Source: the human T2T-CHM13v2.0 reference genome, Homo sapiens
NCBI RefSeq assembly: GCF_009914755.1
Contig: NC_060948.1
Strand: one strand, 5' to 3'
Length of the DNA: 64,000 bases
Of the stretch, positions 37,451 through 56,808 are shown piece after piece (positions within the stretch are counted from its first letter, which is position 1; each line of letters begins with the position of its first letter). The notes below the pieces were generated by a model. The model was not told the origin of the DNA. It did not search any database and saw only the letters and a list, made by a program, of their open reading frames with translations. Made by a program: the position numbers and the translations under genes.

Positions 37451-39554
37451 AGATCCATATTTTTTAAATGAAAAAAAATTTCAAAGGTACTCTGCTTGGT
37501 ACAATAATCAAATGTATAAACTGAGGAATAAAACATAACTATGAAACCTACTTATAACTGCATATGGAAAATACAGAGGATAATTTTTTAAATAACATAT
37601 TTTGAAAGCCTTAACTAGTAATTTGAAGAGTTGGCATTTGAAAGGCCAGTATGAATATACCTTCAAAGCAGCAACACAGGTTCCCCATGAGAAAAAGCAA
37701 ACACAGGGAAAATAAAAACACAAAGGTTCAATCTCTTCTGACCTTTGAAAGACACAGCACAGACAGTGGTCCTTAGGACGAAGAGCAGGAGACCCCTAAT
37801 TCCGTCACCATGGCGATAGGGCATAAACATTGCTGGGTGAGGGCACAATCCACATTGTGAGGTCCAACTGCTGCCAGGAAGACAGGAGTGCTTTTACATA
37901 GACCGAAAGGTCATTGAAGGCTCAGAGTTTTGTTTCAAGAACTGAATCCCAAGCCCACACGTTATTAGGCTGCGCTTCTTAAAACAAGTTATGAGATGGG
38001 AAAAAGGGCACCCACAAACATACGTATACATTATGTATATAATAATATACAGTATCATATATATAATATATATAACCTATGTATAATATTGTTTTACATC
38101 CTGCATCTTATGTTATATATATTGTATAAAATATAATAATTGATAATATATAAGTTTTATAATTATACAATATGACATATAGTATATATTATAATTTATG
38201 ACATATATAATATATGTTATATATCACATATAGAATATATTATACGGTTAATATACGTATTAAATATAAATTATACATTATATATATTATATATAATATA
38301 TCTGTTATATATAATACCCATTATGCAAAATATATATATTATGTCTATGTTATATATAGTATAAAACAACATATAATAATATATAATTGTATATATAAAA
38401 TGTGACATATAATATATATTATATTTTATAACATATGTAATATATATTATATATTATATATAATACGTTGTATGTATAATACCTATATTAAATATATATT
38501 ATATGACTATGTTATTAATTACATGTCACATGTGTTATATATTATATATTTTACATAGAATATACCGGTTACATACAATATATACTATGTTACCTATAAT
38601 GTATAATTTATTACATGTAAAATAAAGAATGCAATATATTATGTAAAATTTATAATATACCATATGTGGAATGTGATATATATAACGTATAATATATGAT
38701 ATATGATGTACAGTATATGATATATAACATACAATATATGATTCCTAATATATATGGTATACAATATATATTTTATGATATGTATTCTATATGTTTTATA
38801 TTCTGTTATATATAACTATTTGAAATTATATATAACTGTATAATATTTTATGTAAATATGTAATATAATATATATAACTATATAATATATTATATATAAC
38901 TATATATTATGTTATATATACTTTTATAACATAATTTACATAAAATATCATAATATAATATATATTATATTATTTCATATTACATAAAATATATTACATA
39001 TCACCCAATATAACTAACATACATAATATTATAATATAGATTATATTATGTTATAATAAATATCATATATATCATATATCATATATTCTATAATATATAT
39101 TACACATTATATAATATGTATGTTGTCTATTATGTGATATATATAACTATATATATAATTATATTTGTATACATATAACTAGATAAACATGTAATTCTAC
39201 ATATTTTCATTTATAATATGTAGAATTATATAATCATATATAATTATTTATATTCTAAAAAAATTTTATCATTATATAAATTATTATATATAAAAACTAT
39301 AATGTGTACTACAAATATATATATTATATATCATATATGCTATAGTACCTTTGTTATATATCATAATACATATAAATGTGTATTATGTTATCTATAATTA
39401 TATAATTTCATATATAAGTTGTATAATATGTATCATATATTATATATGTTATGTAATATATATAGTATATATAAGATGACACAGGATAAATATTATATAC
39501 TATGACATATAAAATATATGAGGTTATATGTTACATAAAAGGCATAGCACATAA

Positions 39555-39869
<315 letters not shown>

Positions 39870-41973
39870 AGATCCATATTTTTTAAATGAAAAAAAATTT
39901 CAAAGGTACTCTGCTTGGTACAATAATCAAATGTATAAACTGAGGAATAAAACATAACCATGAAACCTACTTATAACTGCATATGGAAAATACAGAGGAT
40001 AATTTTTTAAATAACATATTTTGAAAGCCTTAACTAGTAATTTGAAGAGCTGGCATTTGAAAGGCCAGTATGAATATACCTTCAAAGCAGCAACACAGGT
40101 TCCCCATGAGAAAAAGCAAACACAGGGAAAATAAAAACACAAAGGTTCAATCTCTTCTGACCTTTGAAAGACACAGCACAGACAGTGGTCCTTAGGACGA
40201 AGAGCAGGAGACCCCTAATTCCGTCACCATGGCGATAGGGCATAAACATTGCTGGGTGAGGGCACAATCCACATTGTGAGGTCCAACTGCTGCCAGGAAG
40301 ACAGGAGTGCTTTTACATAGACCGAAAGGTCATTGAAGGCTCAGAGTTTTGTTTCAAGAACTGAATCCCAAGCCCACACGTTATTAGGCTGCGCTTCTTA
40401 AAACAAGTTATGAGATGGGAAAAAGGGCACCCACAAACATACGTATACATTATGTATATAATAATATACAGTATCATATATATAATATATATAACCTATG
40501 TATAATATTGTTTTACATCCTGCATCTTATGTTATATATATTGTATAAAATATAATAATTGATAATATATAAGTTTATATTTATACAATATGACTTATAG
40601 TATATATTATAATTTATGACATATATAATATATGTTATATATCATATATAGAATATATTATACGGTTAATATACGTATTAAATATAAATTATACATTATA
40701 TATATTATATATAATATATCTGTTATATATAATACCCATTATGCATAATATATATATTATGTCTATGTTATATATAGTATAAAACAACATATAATAATAT
40801 ATAATTGTATATATAAAATGCGACATATAATATATATTATATTTTATAACATATGTAATATATATTATATATTATATATAATACGTTGTATGTATAATAC
40901 CTATATTAAATATATATTATATGACTATGTTATTAATTACATGTCACATGTGTTATATATTATATATTTTACATAGAATATACCGGTTACATACAATATA
41001 TACTATGTTACCTATAATGTATAATTTATTACATGTAAAATAAAGAATGCAATATATTATGTATAATTTATAATATACCATATGTGGAATGTGATATAAA
41101 TAACATATAATATATGATATATGATATACAGTATATGATATATAACATACAATATATGATTCGTAATATATATGGTATACAATATATATTTTATGATATG
41201 TATTCTATATGTTTTATATTCTGTTATATATAACTATTTGAAATTATATATAACTGTATAATATTTTATGTAAATATGTAATATAATATATATAACTATA
41301 TAATATATTATATATAACTATATATTATGTTATATATACTTTTATAACATAATTTACATAAAATATCATAATATAATATATATTATATTATTTCATATTA
41401 CATAATATATATTACATATCACCCAATATAACTAACATACATAATATTATAATATAGATTATATTGTGTTATATTAAATATCATATATATCATGTATCAT
41501 ATATTCTATAATATATATTACACATTATATAATATATATGTTGTCTATTATGTGATATATATAACTATATATATAATTATATTTTTATACATATAACTAG
41601 ATAAACATGTAATTCTACATATTTTCATTTATAATATGTAGAATTATATAATCATATATAATTATTTATATTCTATAAAAAATTTTATCATTATATAAAT
41701 TATAATATATAAAAATTATAATATGTACTACAAATATATATATTATATATCATATATGATATAGTACCTTTGTTATATTTCATAATACATATAAATGTGT
41801 ATTATGTTATCTATAATTATATAATTTCATATATAAGATGTATAATATGTATCATATATTATATATGTTATGTAATATATATAGTATATATAAGATGACA
41901 CAGGATAAATATTATATACTATGACATATAAAATATATGAGGTTATATGTTACATATAAGGCATAGCACATAA

Positions 41974-42288
<315 letters not shown>

Positions 42289-44393
42289 AGATCCATATTT
42301 TTTAAATGAAAAAAAATTTCAAAGGTACTCTGCTTGGTACAATAATCAAATGTATAAACTGAGGAATAAAACATAACCATGAAACCTACTTATAACTGCA
42401 TATGGAAAATACAGAGGATAATTTTTTAAATAACATATTTTGAAAGCCTTAACTAGTAATTTGAAGAGCTGGCATTTGAAAGGCCAGTATGAATATACCT
42501 TCAAAGCAGCAACACAGGTTCCCCATGAGAAAAAGCAAACACAGGGAAAATAAAAACACAAAGGTTCAATCTCTTCTGACCTTTGAAAGACACAGCACAG
42601 ACAGTGGTCCTTAGGACGAAGAGCAGGAGACCCCTAATTCCGTCACCATGGCGATAGGGCATAAACATTGCTGGGTGAGGGCACAATCCACATTGTGAGG
42701 TCCAACTGCTGCCAGGAAGACAGGAGTGCTTTTACATAGACCGAAAGGTCATTGAAGGCTCAGAGTTTTGTTTCAAGAACTGAATCCCAAGCCCACACGT
42801 TATTAGGCTGCGCTTCTTAAAACAAGTTATGAGATGGGAAAAAGGGCACCCACAAACATACGTATACATTATGTATATAATAATATACAGTATCATATAT
42901 ATAATATATATAACCTATGTATAATATTGTTTTACATCCTGCATCTTATGTTATATATATTGTATAAAATATAATAATTGATAATATATAAGTTTTATAA
43001 GTATACAATATGACATATAGTATATATTATAATTTATGACATATATAATATATGTTATATGTCATATATAGAGTATATTATACGGTTAATATACGTATTA
43101 AATATAAATTATACATTATATATATTATATATAATATATCTGTTATATATAATACCCATTATGCATAATATATATATTATGTCTATGTTATATATAGTAT
43201 AAAACAACATATAATAATATATAATTGTATATATAAAATGCGACATATAATATATATTATATTTTATTACATATGTAATATATATTATATACTATATATA
43301 ATACGTTGTATGTATAATACCTATATTAAATATATATTATATGATTATGTTATTAATTACATGTCACATGTGTTATATATTATATATTTTACATAGAATA
43401 TACCGGTTACATACAATATATACTATGTTACCTATAATGTATAATTTATTACATGTAAAATAAAGAATGCAATATATTATGTAAAATTTATAATATACCA
43501 TATGTGGAATGTGATATATATAACGTATAATATATGATATATGATGTATAGTATATGATATATAACATACAATATATGATTCCTAATATATATGGTATAC
43601 AATATATATTTTATGTTATGTATTCTATATGTTTTATATTCTGTTATATATAACTATTTGAAATTATATATAACTGTATAATATTTTATGTAAATATGTA
43701 ATATAATATATATAACTATATAATATATTATATATAACTATATATTATGTTATATATACTTTTATAACATAATTTACATAAAATATCATAATATAATATA
43801 TATTATATTATTTCATATTACATAATATATATTACATATCACCCAATATAACTAACATACATAATATTATAATATAGATTATATTATGTTATATTAAATG
43901 TCATATATATCATGTATCATATATTCTATAATATATATTACACCTTATATAATATGTATGTTGTCTATTATGTGATATATATAACTATATATATAATTAT
44001 ATTTTTATACATATAACTAGATAAACATGTAATTCTACATATTTCCATTTATAATATGTAGAATTATATAATCATATATAACTATTTATATTCTATAAAA
44101 AATTTTATCATTATATAAATTATAATATATAAAAATTATAATATGTACTACAAATATATATATTATATATCATATATGATATAGTACCTTTGTTATATAT
44201 CATAATACATATAAATGTGTATTATGTTATCTATAATTATATAATTTCATAGATAAGATGTATAATATGTATCATATATTATATATGTTATGTAATATAT
44301 ATAGTATATATAAGATGACACAGGATAAATATTATATACTATGACATATAAAATATATGAGGTTATATGTTACATATAAGGCATAGCACATAA

Positions 44394-44708
<315 letters not shown>

Positions 44709-46836
44709 AGATCCATATTTTTTAAATGAAAAAAAATTTCAAAGGTACTCTGCTTGGTACAATAATCAAATGTATAAACTGAGGAATAAAACATAACCAT
44801 GAAACCTACTTATAACTGCATATGGAAAATACAGAGGATAATTTTTTAAATAACATATTTTGAAAGCCTTAACTAGTAATTTGAAGAGCTGGCATTTGAA
44901 AGGCCAGTATGAATATACCTTCAAAGCAGCAACACAGGTTCCCCATGAGAAAAAGCAAACACAGGGAAAATAAAAACACAAAGGTTCAATCTCTTCTGAC
45001 CTTTGAAAGACACAGCACAGACAGTGGTCCTTAGGACGAAGAGCAGGAGACCCCTAATTCCGTCACCATGGCGATAGGGCATAAACATTGCTGGGTGAGG
45101 GCACAATCCACATTGTGAGGTCCAACTGCTGCCAGGAAGACAGGAGTGCTTTTACATAGACCGAAAGGTCATTGAAGGCTCAGAGTTTTGTTTCAAGAAC
45201 TGAATCCCAAGCCCACACGTTATTAGGCTGCGCTTCTTAAAACAAGTTATGAGATGGGAAAAAGGGCACCCACAAACATACGTATACATTATGTATATAA
45301 TAATATACAGTATCATATATATAATATATATAACCTATGTATAATATTGTTTTACATCCCGCATCTTATGTTATATATATTGTATAAAATATAATAATTG
45401 TTAATATATAAGTTTTATAATTATACAATATGACATATAGTATATATTATAATTTATGACATATATAATATATGTTATATGTCATATATAGAATATATTA
45501 TACGGTTAATATACGTATTAAATATAAATTATACATTATATATATTATATATAATATATCTGTTATATATAATACACATTATGCATAATATATATATTAT
45601 GTCTATGTTATATATAGTATAAAACAACATATTATAATATATAATTGTATATATAAAATGCGACATATAATATATATTATATTTTATTACATATGTAATA
45701 TATATTATATATTATATATAATACGTTGTATGTATAATACCTATATTAAATATATATTATATGACCATGTTATTAATTACATGTCACATGTGTTATATAT
45801 TATATATTTTACATAGAATATACCGGTTACATACAATATATACTATGTTACCTATAATGTATAATTTATTACATGTAAAATAAAGAATGCAATATATTAT
45901 GTAAAATTTATAATATACCATATGTGGAATGTGATATATATAACATATAATATATGATATATGATGTACAGTATATGATATATAACATACAATATATGAT
46001 TCCTAATATATATGGTATACAATATATATTTTATGTTATGTATTCTATATGTTTTATATTCTGTTATATATAACTATTTGAAATTATATATAACTGTATA
46101 ATATTTTATGTAAATATGTAATATAATATATATAACTATATAATATATTATATATAACTATATATTATGTTATATATACTTTTATAACATAATTTACATA
46201 AAATATCATAATATAATATATATTATATTATTTCATATTACATAATATATATTACATATCACCCAATATAACTAACATACATAATATTATAATATAGATT
46301 ATATTATGTTATATTAAATATCATATATATCATGTATCATATATTCTATAATATATATTACACCTTATATAATATGTATGTTGTCTATTATGTGATATAT
46401 ATAACTATATATATAATTATATTTTTATACATATAACTAGATAAACATGTAATTCTACATATTTTCATTTATAATATGTAGAATTATATAATCATATATA
46501 ATTATTTATATTCTATAAAAAATTTTATCATTATATAAATTATAATATATAAAAATTATAATATGTACTACAAATATATATATTATATATCATATATGAT
46601 ATAGTACCTTTGTTATATATCATAATACATATAAATGTGTATTATGTTATCTATAATTATATAATTTCATATATAAGATGTATAATATGTATCATATATT
46701 ATATATGTTATGTAATATATATAGTATATATAAGATGACACAGGATAAATATTATATACTATGACATATAAAATATATGAGGTTATATGTTACATATAAG
46801 GCATAGCACATAACATGTAATATATATCACATATAA

Positions 46837-47128
46837 TTTTTTTTTAGACAGAATCTTGTCCTGTTGCACAGGGTGGGGTACAATGGCGCCATCTTTGCTC
46901 ACTGCAACTTCTGCCTCACGGGTCCAAGCGATTGTCCTCCCTCAGCCTCCCAGGTAGCTGGGACTACACCACACTGGGACTACACCAGCTGCCACCATGC
47001 CTAGCTAATTATTTGGATTTTTAGTAGTGACAGCGTTTCACTGTATTGGCCAGGATGGTCTTGATCTCTTCACCTTGTGATCCCCTTGCCTTGGCCTCCA
47101 AATTTGCTGGGATTACAGACCTGAGCCA
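46837..47128 (-). mobile_element. Alu copy 20
   Basis: Same Alu; TTACAGACCT variant removes one GGCC site. Confidence 0.92.
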
Positions 47129-49256
47129 AGATCCATATTTTTTAAATGAAAAAAAATTTCAAAGGTACTCTGCTTGGTACAATAATCAAATGTATAAACT
47201 GAGGAATAAAACATAACCATGAAACCTACTTATAACTGCATATGGAAAATACAGAGGATAATTTTTTAAATAACATATTTTGAAAGCCTTAACTAGTAAT
47301 TTGAAGAGCTGGCATTTGAAAGGCCAGTATGAATATACCTTCAAAGCAGCAACTCAGGTTCCCCATGAGAAAAAGCAAACACAGGGAAAATAAAACCACA
47401 AAGGTTCAATCTCTTCTGACCTTTGAAAGACACAGCACAGACAGTGGTCCTTAGGACGAAGAGCAGGAGACCCCTAATTCCGTCACCATGGCGATAGGGC
47501 ATAAACATTGCTGGGTGAGGGCACAATCCACATTGTGAGGTCCAACTGCTGCCAGGAAGACAGGAGTGCTTTTACATAGACCGAAAGGTCATTGAAGGCT
47601 CAGAGTTTTCTTTCAAGAACTGAATCCCAAGCCCACACGTTATTAGGCTGCGCTTCTTAAAACAAGTTATGAGATGGGAAAAAGGGCACCCACAAACATA
47701 CGTATACATTATGTATATAATAATATACAGTATCATATATATAATATATATAACCTATGTATAATATTGTTTTACATCCTGCATCTTATGTTATATATAT
47801 TGTATAAAATATAATAATTGATAATATATAAGTTTTATAATTATACAATATGACATATAGTATATATTATAATTTATGACATATATAATATATGTTATAT
47901 GTCATATATAGAATATATTATACGGTTAATATACGTATTAAATATAAATTATACATTATATATATTATATATAATATATCTGTTATATATAATACCCATT
48001 ATGCATAATATATATATTATGTCTATGTTATATATAGTATAAAACAACATATAATAATATATAATTGTATATATAAAATGCGACATATAATATATATTAT
48101 ATTTTATAACATATGTAATATATATTATATATTATATATAATACGTTGTATGTATAATACCTATATTAAATATATATTATATGACTATGTTATTAATTAC
48201 GTGTCACATGTGTTATATATTATATATTTTACATAGAATATACCGGTTACATACAATATATACTATGTTACCTATAATGTATAATTTATTACATGTAAAA
48301 TAAACAATGCAATATATTATGTATAATTTATAATATACAATATGTGGAATGTGATATATATAACATATAATATATGATATATGATATACAGTATATGATA
48401 TATAACATACAATATATGATTCCTAATATATATGGTATACAATATATATTTTATGATATGTATTCTATATGTTTTATATTCTGTTATATATAACTATTTG
48501 AAATTATATATAACTGTATAATATTTTATGTAAATATGTAATATAATATATATAACTATATAATATATTATATATAACTATATATTATGTTATATATACT
48601 TTTATAACATAATTTACATAAAATATCATAATATAATATATATTATATTATTTCATATTACATAATATATATTACATATCACCCAATATAACTAACATAC
48701 ATAATATTATAATATAGATTATATTGTGTTATATTAAATATCATATATATCATGTATCATATATTCTATAATATATATTACACATTATATAATATGTATG
48801 TTGTCTATTATGTGATATATATAACTATATATATAATTATATTTTTATACATATAACTAGATAAACATGTAATTCTACATATTTTCATTTATAATATGTA
48901 TAATTATATAATCATATATAATTATTTATATTCTATAAAAAATTTTATCATTATATAAATTATAATATATAAAAATTATAATATGTACTACAAATATATA
49001 TATTATATATCATATATGATATAGTACTATTGTTATATTTCATAATACATATAAATGTGTATTATGTTATCTATAATTATATAATTTCATATATAAGATG
49101 TATAATATGTATCATAAATTATATATGTTGTGTAATATATATAGTATATATAAGATGACACAGGATAAATATTATATACTATGACATATAAAATATATGA
49201 GGTTATATGTTACATATAAGGCATAGCACATAACATGTAATATATATCATATATAA

Positions 49257-49548
49257 TTTTTTTTTAGACAGAATCTTGTCCTGTTGCACAGGGTGGGGTA
49301 CAATGGCGCCATCTTTGCTGACTGCAAATTCTGCCTCACGGGTCCAAGCGATTGTCCTCCCTCAGCCTCCCAGGTAGCTGGGACTACACCACACTGGGAC
49401 TATACCAGCTGCCACCATGCCTAGCTAATTTTTTGGATTTTTAGTAGTGACAGCGTTTCACTGTATTGGCCAGGATGGTCTTGATCTCTTCACCTTGTGA
49501 TCCCCTTGCCTTGGCCTCCAAATTTGCTGGGATTACAGGCCTGAGCCA
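49257..49548 (-). mobile_element. Alu copy 21
   Basis: Same Alu; GCTGACTGCAAATT and GGACTATACC variants. Confidence 0.92.
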
Positions 49549-51676
49549 AGATCCATATTTTTTAAATGAAAAAAAATTTCAAAGGTACTCTGCTTGGTAC
49601 AATAATCAAATGTATAAACTGAGGAATAAAACATAACCATGAAACCTACTTATAACTGCATATGGAAAATACAGAGGATAATTTTTTAAATAACATATTT
49701 TGAAAGCCTTAACTAGTAATTTGAAGAGTTGGCATTTGAAAGGCCAGTATGAATATACCTTCAAAGCAGCAACACAGGTTCCCCATGAGAAAAAGCAAAC
49801 ACAGGGAAAATAAAAACACAAAGGTTCAATCTCTTCTGACCTTTGAAAGACACAGCACAGACAGTGGTCCTTAGGACGAAGAGCAGGAGACCCCTAATTC
49901 CGTCACCATGGCGATAGGGCATAAACATTGCTGGGTGAGGGCACAATCCACATTGTGAGGTCCAACTGCTGCCAGGAAGACAGGAGTGCTTTTACATAGA
50001 CCGAAAGGTCATTGAAGGCTCAGAGTTTTGTTTCAAGAACTGAATCCCAAGCCCACACGTTATTAGGCTGCGCTTCTTAAAACAAGTTATGAGATGGGAA
50101 AAAGGGCACCCACAAACATACGTATACATTATGTATATAATAATATACAGTATCATATATATAATATATATAACCTATGTATAATATTGTTTTACATCCT
50201 GCATCTAATGTTATATATATTGTATAAAATATAATAATTGATAATATATAAGTTTTATAATTATACAATATGACATATAGTATATATTATAATTTATGAC
50301 ATATATAATATATGTTATATGTCATATATAGAATATATTATACGGTTAATATACGTATTAAATATAAATTATACATTATATATATTATATATAATATATC
50401 TGTTATATATAATACCCATTATGCATAATATATATATTATGTCTATGTTATATATAGCATAAAACAACATATAATAATATATAATTGTATATATAAAATG
50501 CGACATATAATATATATTATATTTTATTACATATGTAATATATATTATATATTATATATAATACGTTGTATGTATAATACCTATATTAAATATATATTAT
50601 ATGACTATGTTATTAATTACATGTCACATGCGTTATATATTATATATTTTATATAGAATATACCGGTTACATACAATATATACTATGTTACCTATAATGT
50701 ATAATTTATTACATGTAAAATAAAGAATGCAATATATTATGTAAAATTTATAATATACCATATGTGGAATGTGATATATATAACATATAATATATGATAT
50801 ATGATGTACAGTATATGATATATAACATACAATATATGATTCCTAATATATATGGTATACAATATATATTTTATGTTATGTATTCTATATGTTTTATATT
50901 CTGTTATATATAACTATTTGAAATTATATATAACTGTATAATATTTTATGTAAATATGTAATATAATATATATAACTATATAATATATTATATATAACTA
51001 TATATTATGTTATATATACTTTTATAACATAATTTACATAAAATATCATAATATAATATATAATATATTATTTCATATTACATAATATATATTACATATC
51101 ACCCAATATAACTAACATACATAATATTATAATATAGATTATATTATGTTATATTAAATATCATATATATCATGTATCATATATTCTATAATATATATTA
51201 CACCTTATATAATATGTATGTTGTCTATTATGTGATATATATAACTATATATATAATTATATTTTTATACATATAACTAGATAAACATGTAATTCTACAT
51301 ATTTTCATTTATAATATGTAGAATTATATAATCATATATAATTATTTATATTCTATAAAAAATTTTATCATTATATAAATTATAATATATAAAAATTATA
51401 ATATGTACTACAAATATATATATTATATATCATATATGATATAGTACCTTTGTTATATATCATAATACATATAAATGTGTATTATGTTATCTATAATTAT
51501 ATAATTTCATATATAAGATGTATAATGTGTATCATATATTATATATGTTATGTAATATATATAGTATATATAAGATGACACAGGATAAATATTATATACT
51601 ATGACATATAAAATATATGAGGTTATATGTTACATATAAGGCATAGCACATAACATGTAATATATATCATATATAA

Positions 51677-51968
51677 TTTTTTTTTAGACAGAATCTTGTC
51701 CTGTTGCACAGGGTGGGGTACAATGGCGCCATCTTTGCTGACTGCAAATTCTGCCTCACGGGTCCAAGCGATTGTCCTCCCTCAGCCTCCCAGGTAGCTG
51801 GGACTACACCACACTGGGACTACACCAGCTGCCACCATGCCTAGCTAATTTTTTGGATTTTTAGTAGTGACAGCGTTTCACTGTATTGGCCAGGATGGTC
51901 TTGATCTCTTCACCTTGTGATCCCCTTGCCTTGGCCTCCAAATTTGCTGGGATTACAGGCCTGAGCCA
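51677..51968 (-). mobile_element. Alu copy 22
   Basis: Same Alu; GCTGACTGCAAATT variant. Confidence 0.92.
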
Positions 51969-54096
51969 AGATCCATATTTTTTAAATGAAAAAAAATTTC
52001 AAAGGTACTCTGCTTGGTACAATAATCAAATGTATAAACTGAGGAATAAAACATAACCATGAAACCTACTTATAACTGCATATGGAAAATACAGAGGATA
52101 ATTTTTTAAATAACATATTTTGAAAGCCTTAACTAGTAATTTGAAGAGTTGGCATTTGAAAGGCCAGTATGAATAAACCTTCAAAGCAGCAACACAGGTT
52201 CCCCATGAGAAAAAGCAAACACAGGGAAAATAAAACCACAAAGGTTCAATCTCTTCTGACCTTTGAAAGACACAGCACAGACAGTGGTCCTTAGGACGAA
52301 GAGCAGGAGACCCCTAATTCCGTCACCATGGCGATAGGGCATAAACATTGCTGGGTGAGGGCACAATCCACATTGTGAGGTCCAACTGCTGCCAGGAAGA
52401 CAGGAGTGCTTTTACATAGACCGAAAGGTCATTGAAGGCTCAGAGTTTTGTTTCAAGAACTGAATCCCAAGCCCACACGTTATTAGGCTGCGCTTCTTAA
52501 AACAAGTTATGAGATGGGAAAAAGGGCACCCACAAACATACGTATACATTATGTATATAATAATATACAGTATCATATATATAATATATATAACCTATGT
52601 ATAATATTGTTTTACATCCTGCATCTAATGTTATATATATTGTATAAAATATAATAATTGATAATATATAAGTTTTATAATTATACAATATGACATATAG
52701 TATATATTATAATTTATGACATATATAATATATGTTATATGTCATATATAGAATATATTATACGGTTAATATACGTATTAAATATAAATTATACATTATA
52801 TATATTATATATAATATATCTGTTATATATAATACCCATTATGCATAATATATATATTATGTCTATGTTATATATAGTATAAAACAACATATAATAATAT
52901 ATAATTGTATATATAAAATGCGACATATAATATATATTATATTTTATAACATATGTAATATATATTATATATTATATATAATACGTTGTATGTATAATAC
53001 CTATATTAAATATATATTATATGACTATGTTATTAATTACATGTCACATGTGTTATATATTATATATTTTACATAGAATATACCGGTTACATACAATATA
53101 TACTATGTTACCTATAATGTATAATTTATTACAAGTAAAATAAAGAATGCAATATATTATGTATAATTTATAATATACCATATGTGGAATGTGATATATA
53201 TAACATATAATATATGATATATGATATACAGTATATGATATATAACATACAATATATGATTCCTAATATATATGGTATACAATATATATTTTATGATATG
53301 TATTCTATATGTTTTATATTCTGTTATATATAACTATTTGAAATTATATATAACTGTATAATATTTTATGTAAATATGTAATATAATACATATAACTATA
53401 TAATATATTATATATAACTATATATTATGTTATATATACTTTTATAACATAATTTACATAAAATATCATAATATAATATATATTATATTATTTCATATTA
53501 CATAATATATATTACATATCACCCAATATAACTAACATACATAATATTATAATATAGATTATATTGTGTTATATTAAATATCATATATATCATGTATCAT
53601 ATATTCTATAATATATATTACACATTATATAATATGTATGTTGTCTATTATGTGATATATATAACTATATATATAATTATATTTTTATACATATAACTAG
53701 ATAAACATGTAATTCTACATATTTTCATTTATAATATGTATAATTATATAATCATATATAATTATTTATATTCTATAAAAAATTTTATCATTATATAAAT
53801 TATAATATATAAAAATTATAATATGTACTACAAATATATATATTATATATCATATATGATATAGTACTATTGTTATATTTCATAATACATATAAATGTGT
53901 ATTATGTTATCTATAATTATATAATTTCATATATAAGATGTATAATATGTATCATAAATTATATATGTTGTGTAATATATATAGTATATATAAGATGACA
54001 CAGGATAAATATTATATACTATGACATATAAAATATATGAGGTTATATGTTACATATAAGGCATAGCACATAACATGTAATATATATCATATATAA

Positions 54097-54388
54097 TTTT
54101 TTTTTAGACAGAATCTTGTCCTGTTGCACAGGGTGGGGTACAATGGCGCCATCTTTGCTGACTGCAAATTCTGCCTCACGGGTCCAAGCGATTGTCCTCC
54201 CTCAGCCTCCCAGGTAGCTGGGACTACACCACACTGGGACTATACCAGCTGCCACCATGCCTAGCTAATTTTTTGGATTTTTAGTAGTGACAGCGTTTCA
54301 CTGTATTGGCCAGGATGGTCTTGATCTCTTCACCTTGTGATCCCCTTGCCTTGGCCTCCAAATTTGCTGGGATTACAGGCCTGAGCCA
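54097..54388 (-). mobile_element. Alu copy 23
   Basis: Same Alu; variants as in copy 21. Confidence 0.92.
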
Positions 54389-56516
54389 AGATCCATATTT
54401 TTTAAATGAAAAAAAATTTCAAAGGTACTCTGCTTGGTACAATAATCAAATGTATAAACTGAGGAATAAAACATAACCATGAAACCTACTTATAACTGCA
54501 TATGGAAAATACAGAGGATAATTTTTTAAATAACATATTTTGAAAGCCTTAACTAGTAATTTGAAGAGTTGGCATTTGAAAGGCCAGTATGAATATACCT
54601 TCAAAGCAGCAACACAGGTTCCCCATGAGAAAAAGCAAACACAGGGAAAATAAAAACACAAAGGTTCAATCTCTTCTGACCTTTGAAAGACACAGCACAG
54701 ACAGTGGTCCTTAGGACGAAGAGCAGGAGACCCCTAATTCCGTCACCATGGCGATAGGGCATAAACATTGCTGGGTGAGGGCACAATCCACATTGTGAGG
54801 TCCAACTGCTGCCAGGAAGACAGGAGTGCTTTTACATAGACCGAAAGGTCATTGAAGGCTCAGAGTTTTGTTTCAAGAACTGAATCCCAAGCCCACACGT
54901 TATTAGGCTGCGCTTCTTAAAACAAGTTATGAGATGGGAAAAAGGGCACCCACAAACATACGTATACATTATGTATATAATAATATACAGTATCATATAT
55001 ATAATATATATAACCTATGTATAATATTGTTTTACATCCTGCATCTAATGTTATATATATTGTATAAAATATAATAATTGATAATATATAAGTTTTATAA
55101 TTATACAATATGACATATAGTATATATTATAATTTATGACATATATAATATATGTTATATGTCATATATAGAATATATTATACGGTTAATATACGTATTA
55201 AATATAAATTATACATTATATATATTATATATAATATATCTGTTATATATAATACCCATTATGCATAATATATATATTATGTCTATGTTATATATAGCAT
55301 AAAACAACATATAATAATATATAATTGTATATATAAAATGCGACATATAATATATATTATATTTTATTACATATGTAATATATATTATATATTATATATA
55401 ATACGTTGTATGTATAATACCTATATTAAATATATATTATATGACTATGTTATTAATTACATGTCACATGCGTTATATATTATATATTTTATATAGAATA
55501 TACCGGTTACATACAATATATACTATGTTACCTATAATGTATAATTTATTACATGTAAAATAAAGAATGCAATATATTATGTAAAATTTATAATATACCA
55601 TATGTGGAATGTGATATATATAACATATAATATATGATATATGATGTACAGTATATGATATATAACATACAATATATGATTCCTAATATATATGGTATAC
55701 AATATATATTTTATGTTATGTATTCTATATGTTTTATATTCTGTTATATATAACTATTTGAAATTATATATAACTGTATAATATTTTATGTAAATATGTA
55801 ATATAATATATATAACTATATAATATATTATATATAACTATATATTATGTTATATATACTTTTATAACATAATTTACATAAAATATCATAATATAATATA
55901 TAATATATTATTTCATATTACATAATATATATTACATATCACCCAATATAACTAACATACATAATATTATAATATAGATTATATTATGTTATATTAAATA
56001 TCATATATATCATGTATCATATATTCTATAATATATATTACACCTTATATAATATGTATGTTGTCTATTATGTGATATATATAACTATATATATAATTAT
56101 ATTTTTATACATATAACTAGATAAACATGTAATTCTACATATTTTCATTTATAATATGTAGAATTATATAATCATATATAATTATTTATATTCTATAAAA
56201 AATTTTATCATTATATAAATTATAATATATAAAAATTATAATATGTACTACAAATATATATATTATATATCATATATGATATAGTACCTTTGTTATATAT
56301 CATAATACATATAAATGTGTATTATGTTATCTATAATTATATAATTTCATATATAAGATGTATAATGTGTATCATATATTATATATGTTATGTAATATAT
56401 ATAGTATATATAAGATGACACAGGATAAATATTATATACTATGACATATAAAATATATGAGGTTATATGTTACATATAAGGCATAGCACATAACATGTAA
56501 TATATATCATATATAA

Positions 56517-56808
56517 TTTTTTTTTAGACAGAATCTTGTCCTGTTGCACAGGGTGGGGTACAATGGCGCCATCTTTGCTGACTGCAAATTCTGCCTCACG
56601 GGTCCAAGCGATTGTCCTCCCTCAGCCTCCCAGGTAGCTGGGACTACACCACACTGGGACTACACCAGCTGCCACCATGCCTAGCTAATTTTTTGGATTT
56701 TTAGTAGTGACAGCGTTTCACTGTATTGGCCAGGATGGTCTTGATCTCTTCACCTTGTGATCCCCTTGCCTTGGCCTCCAAATTTGCTGGGATTACAGGC
56801 CTGAGCCA
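56517..56808 (-). mobile_element. Alu copy 24
   Basis: Same Alu; variants as in copy 22. Confidence 0.92.
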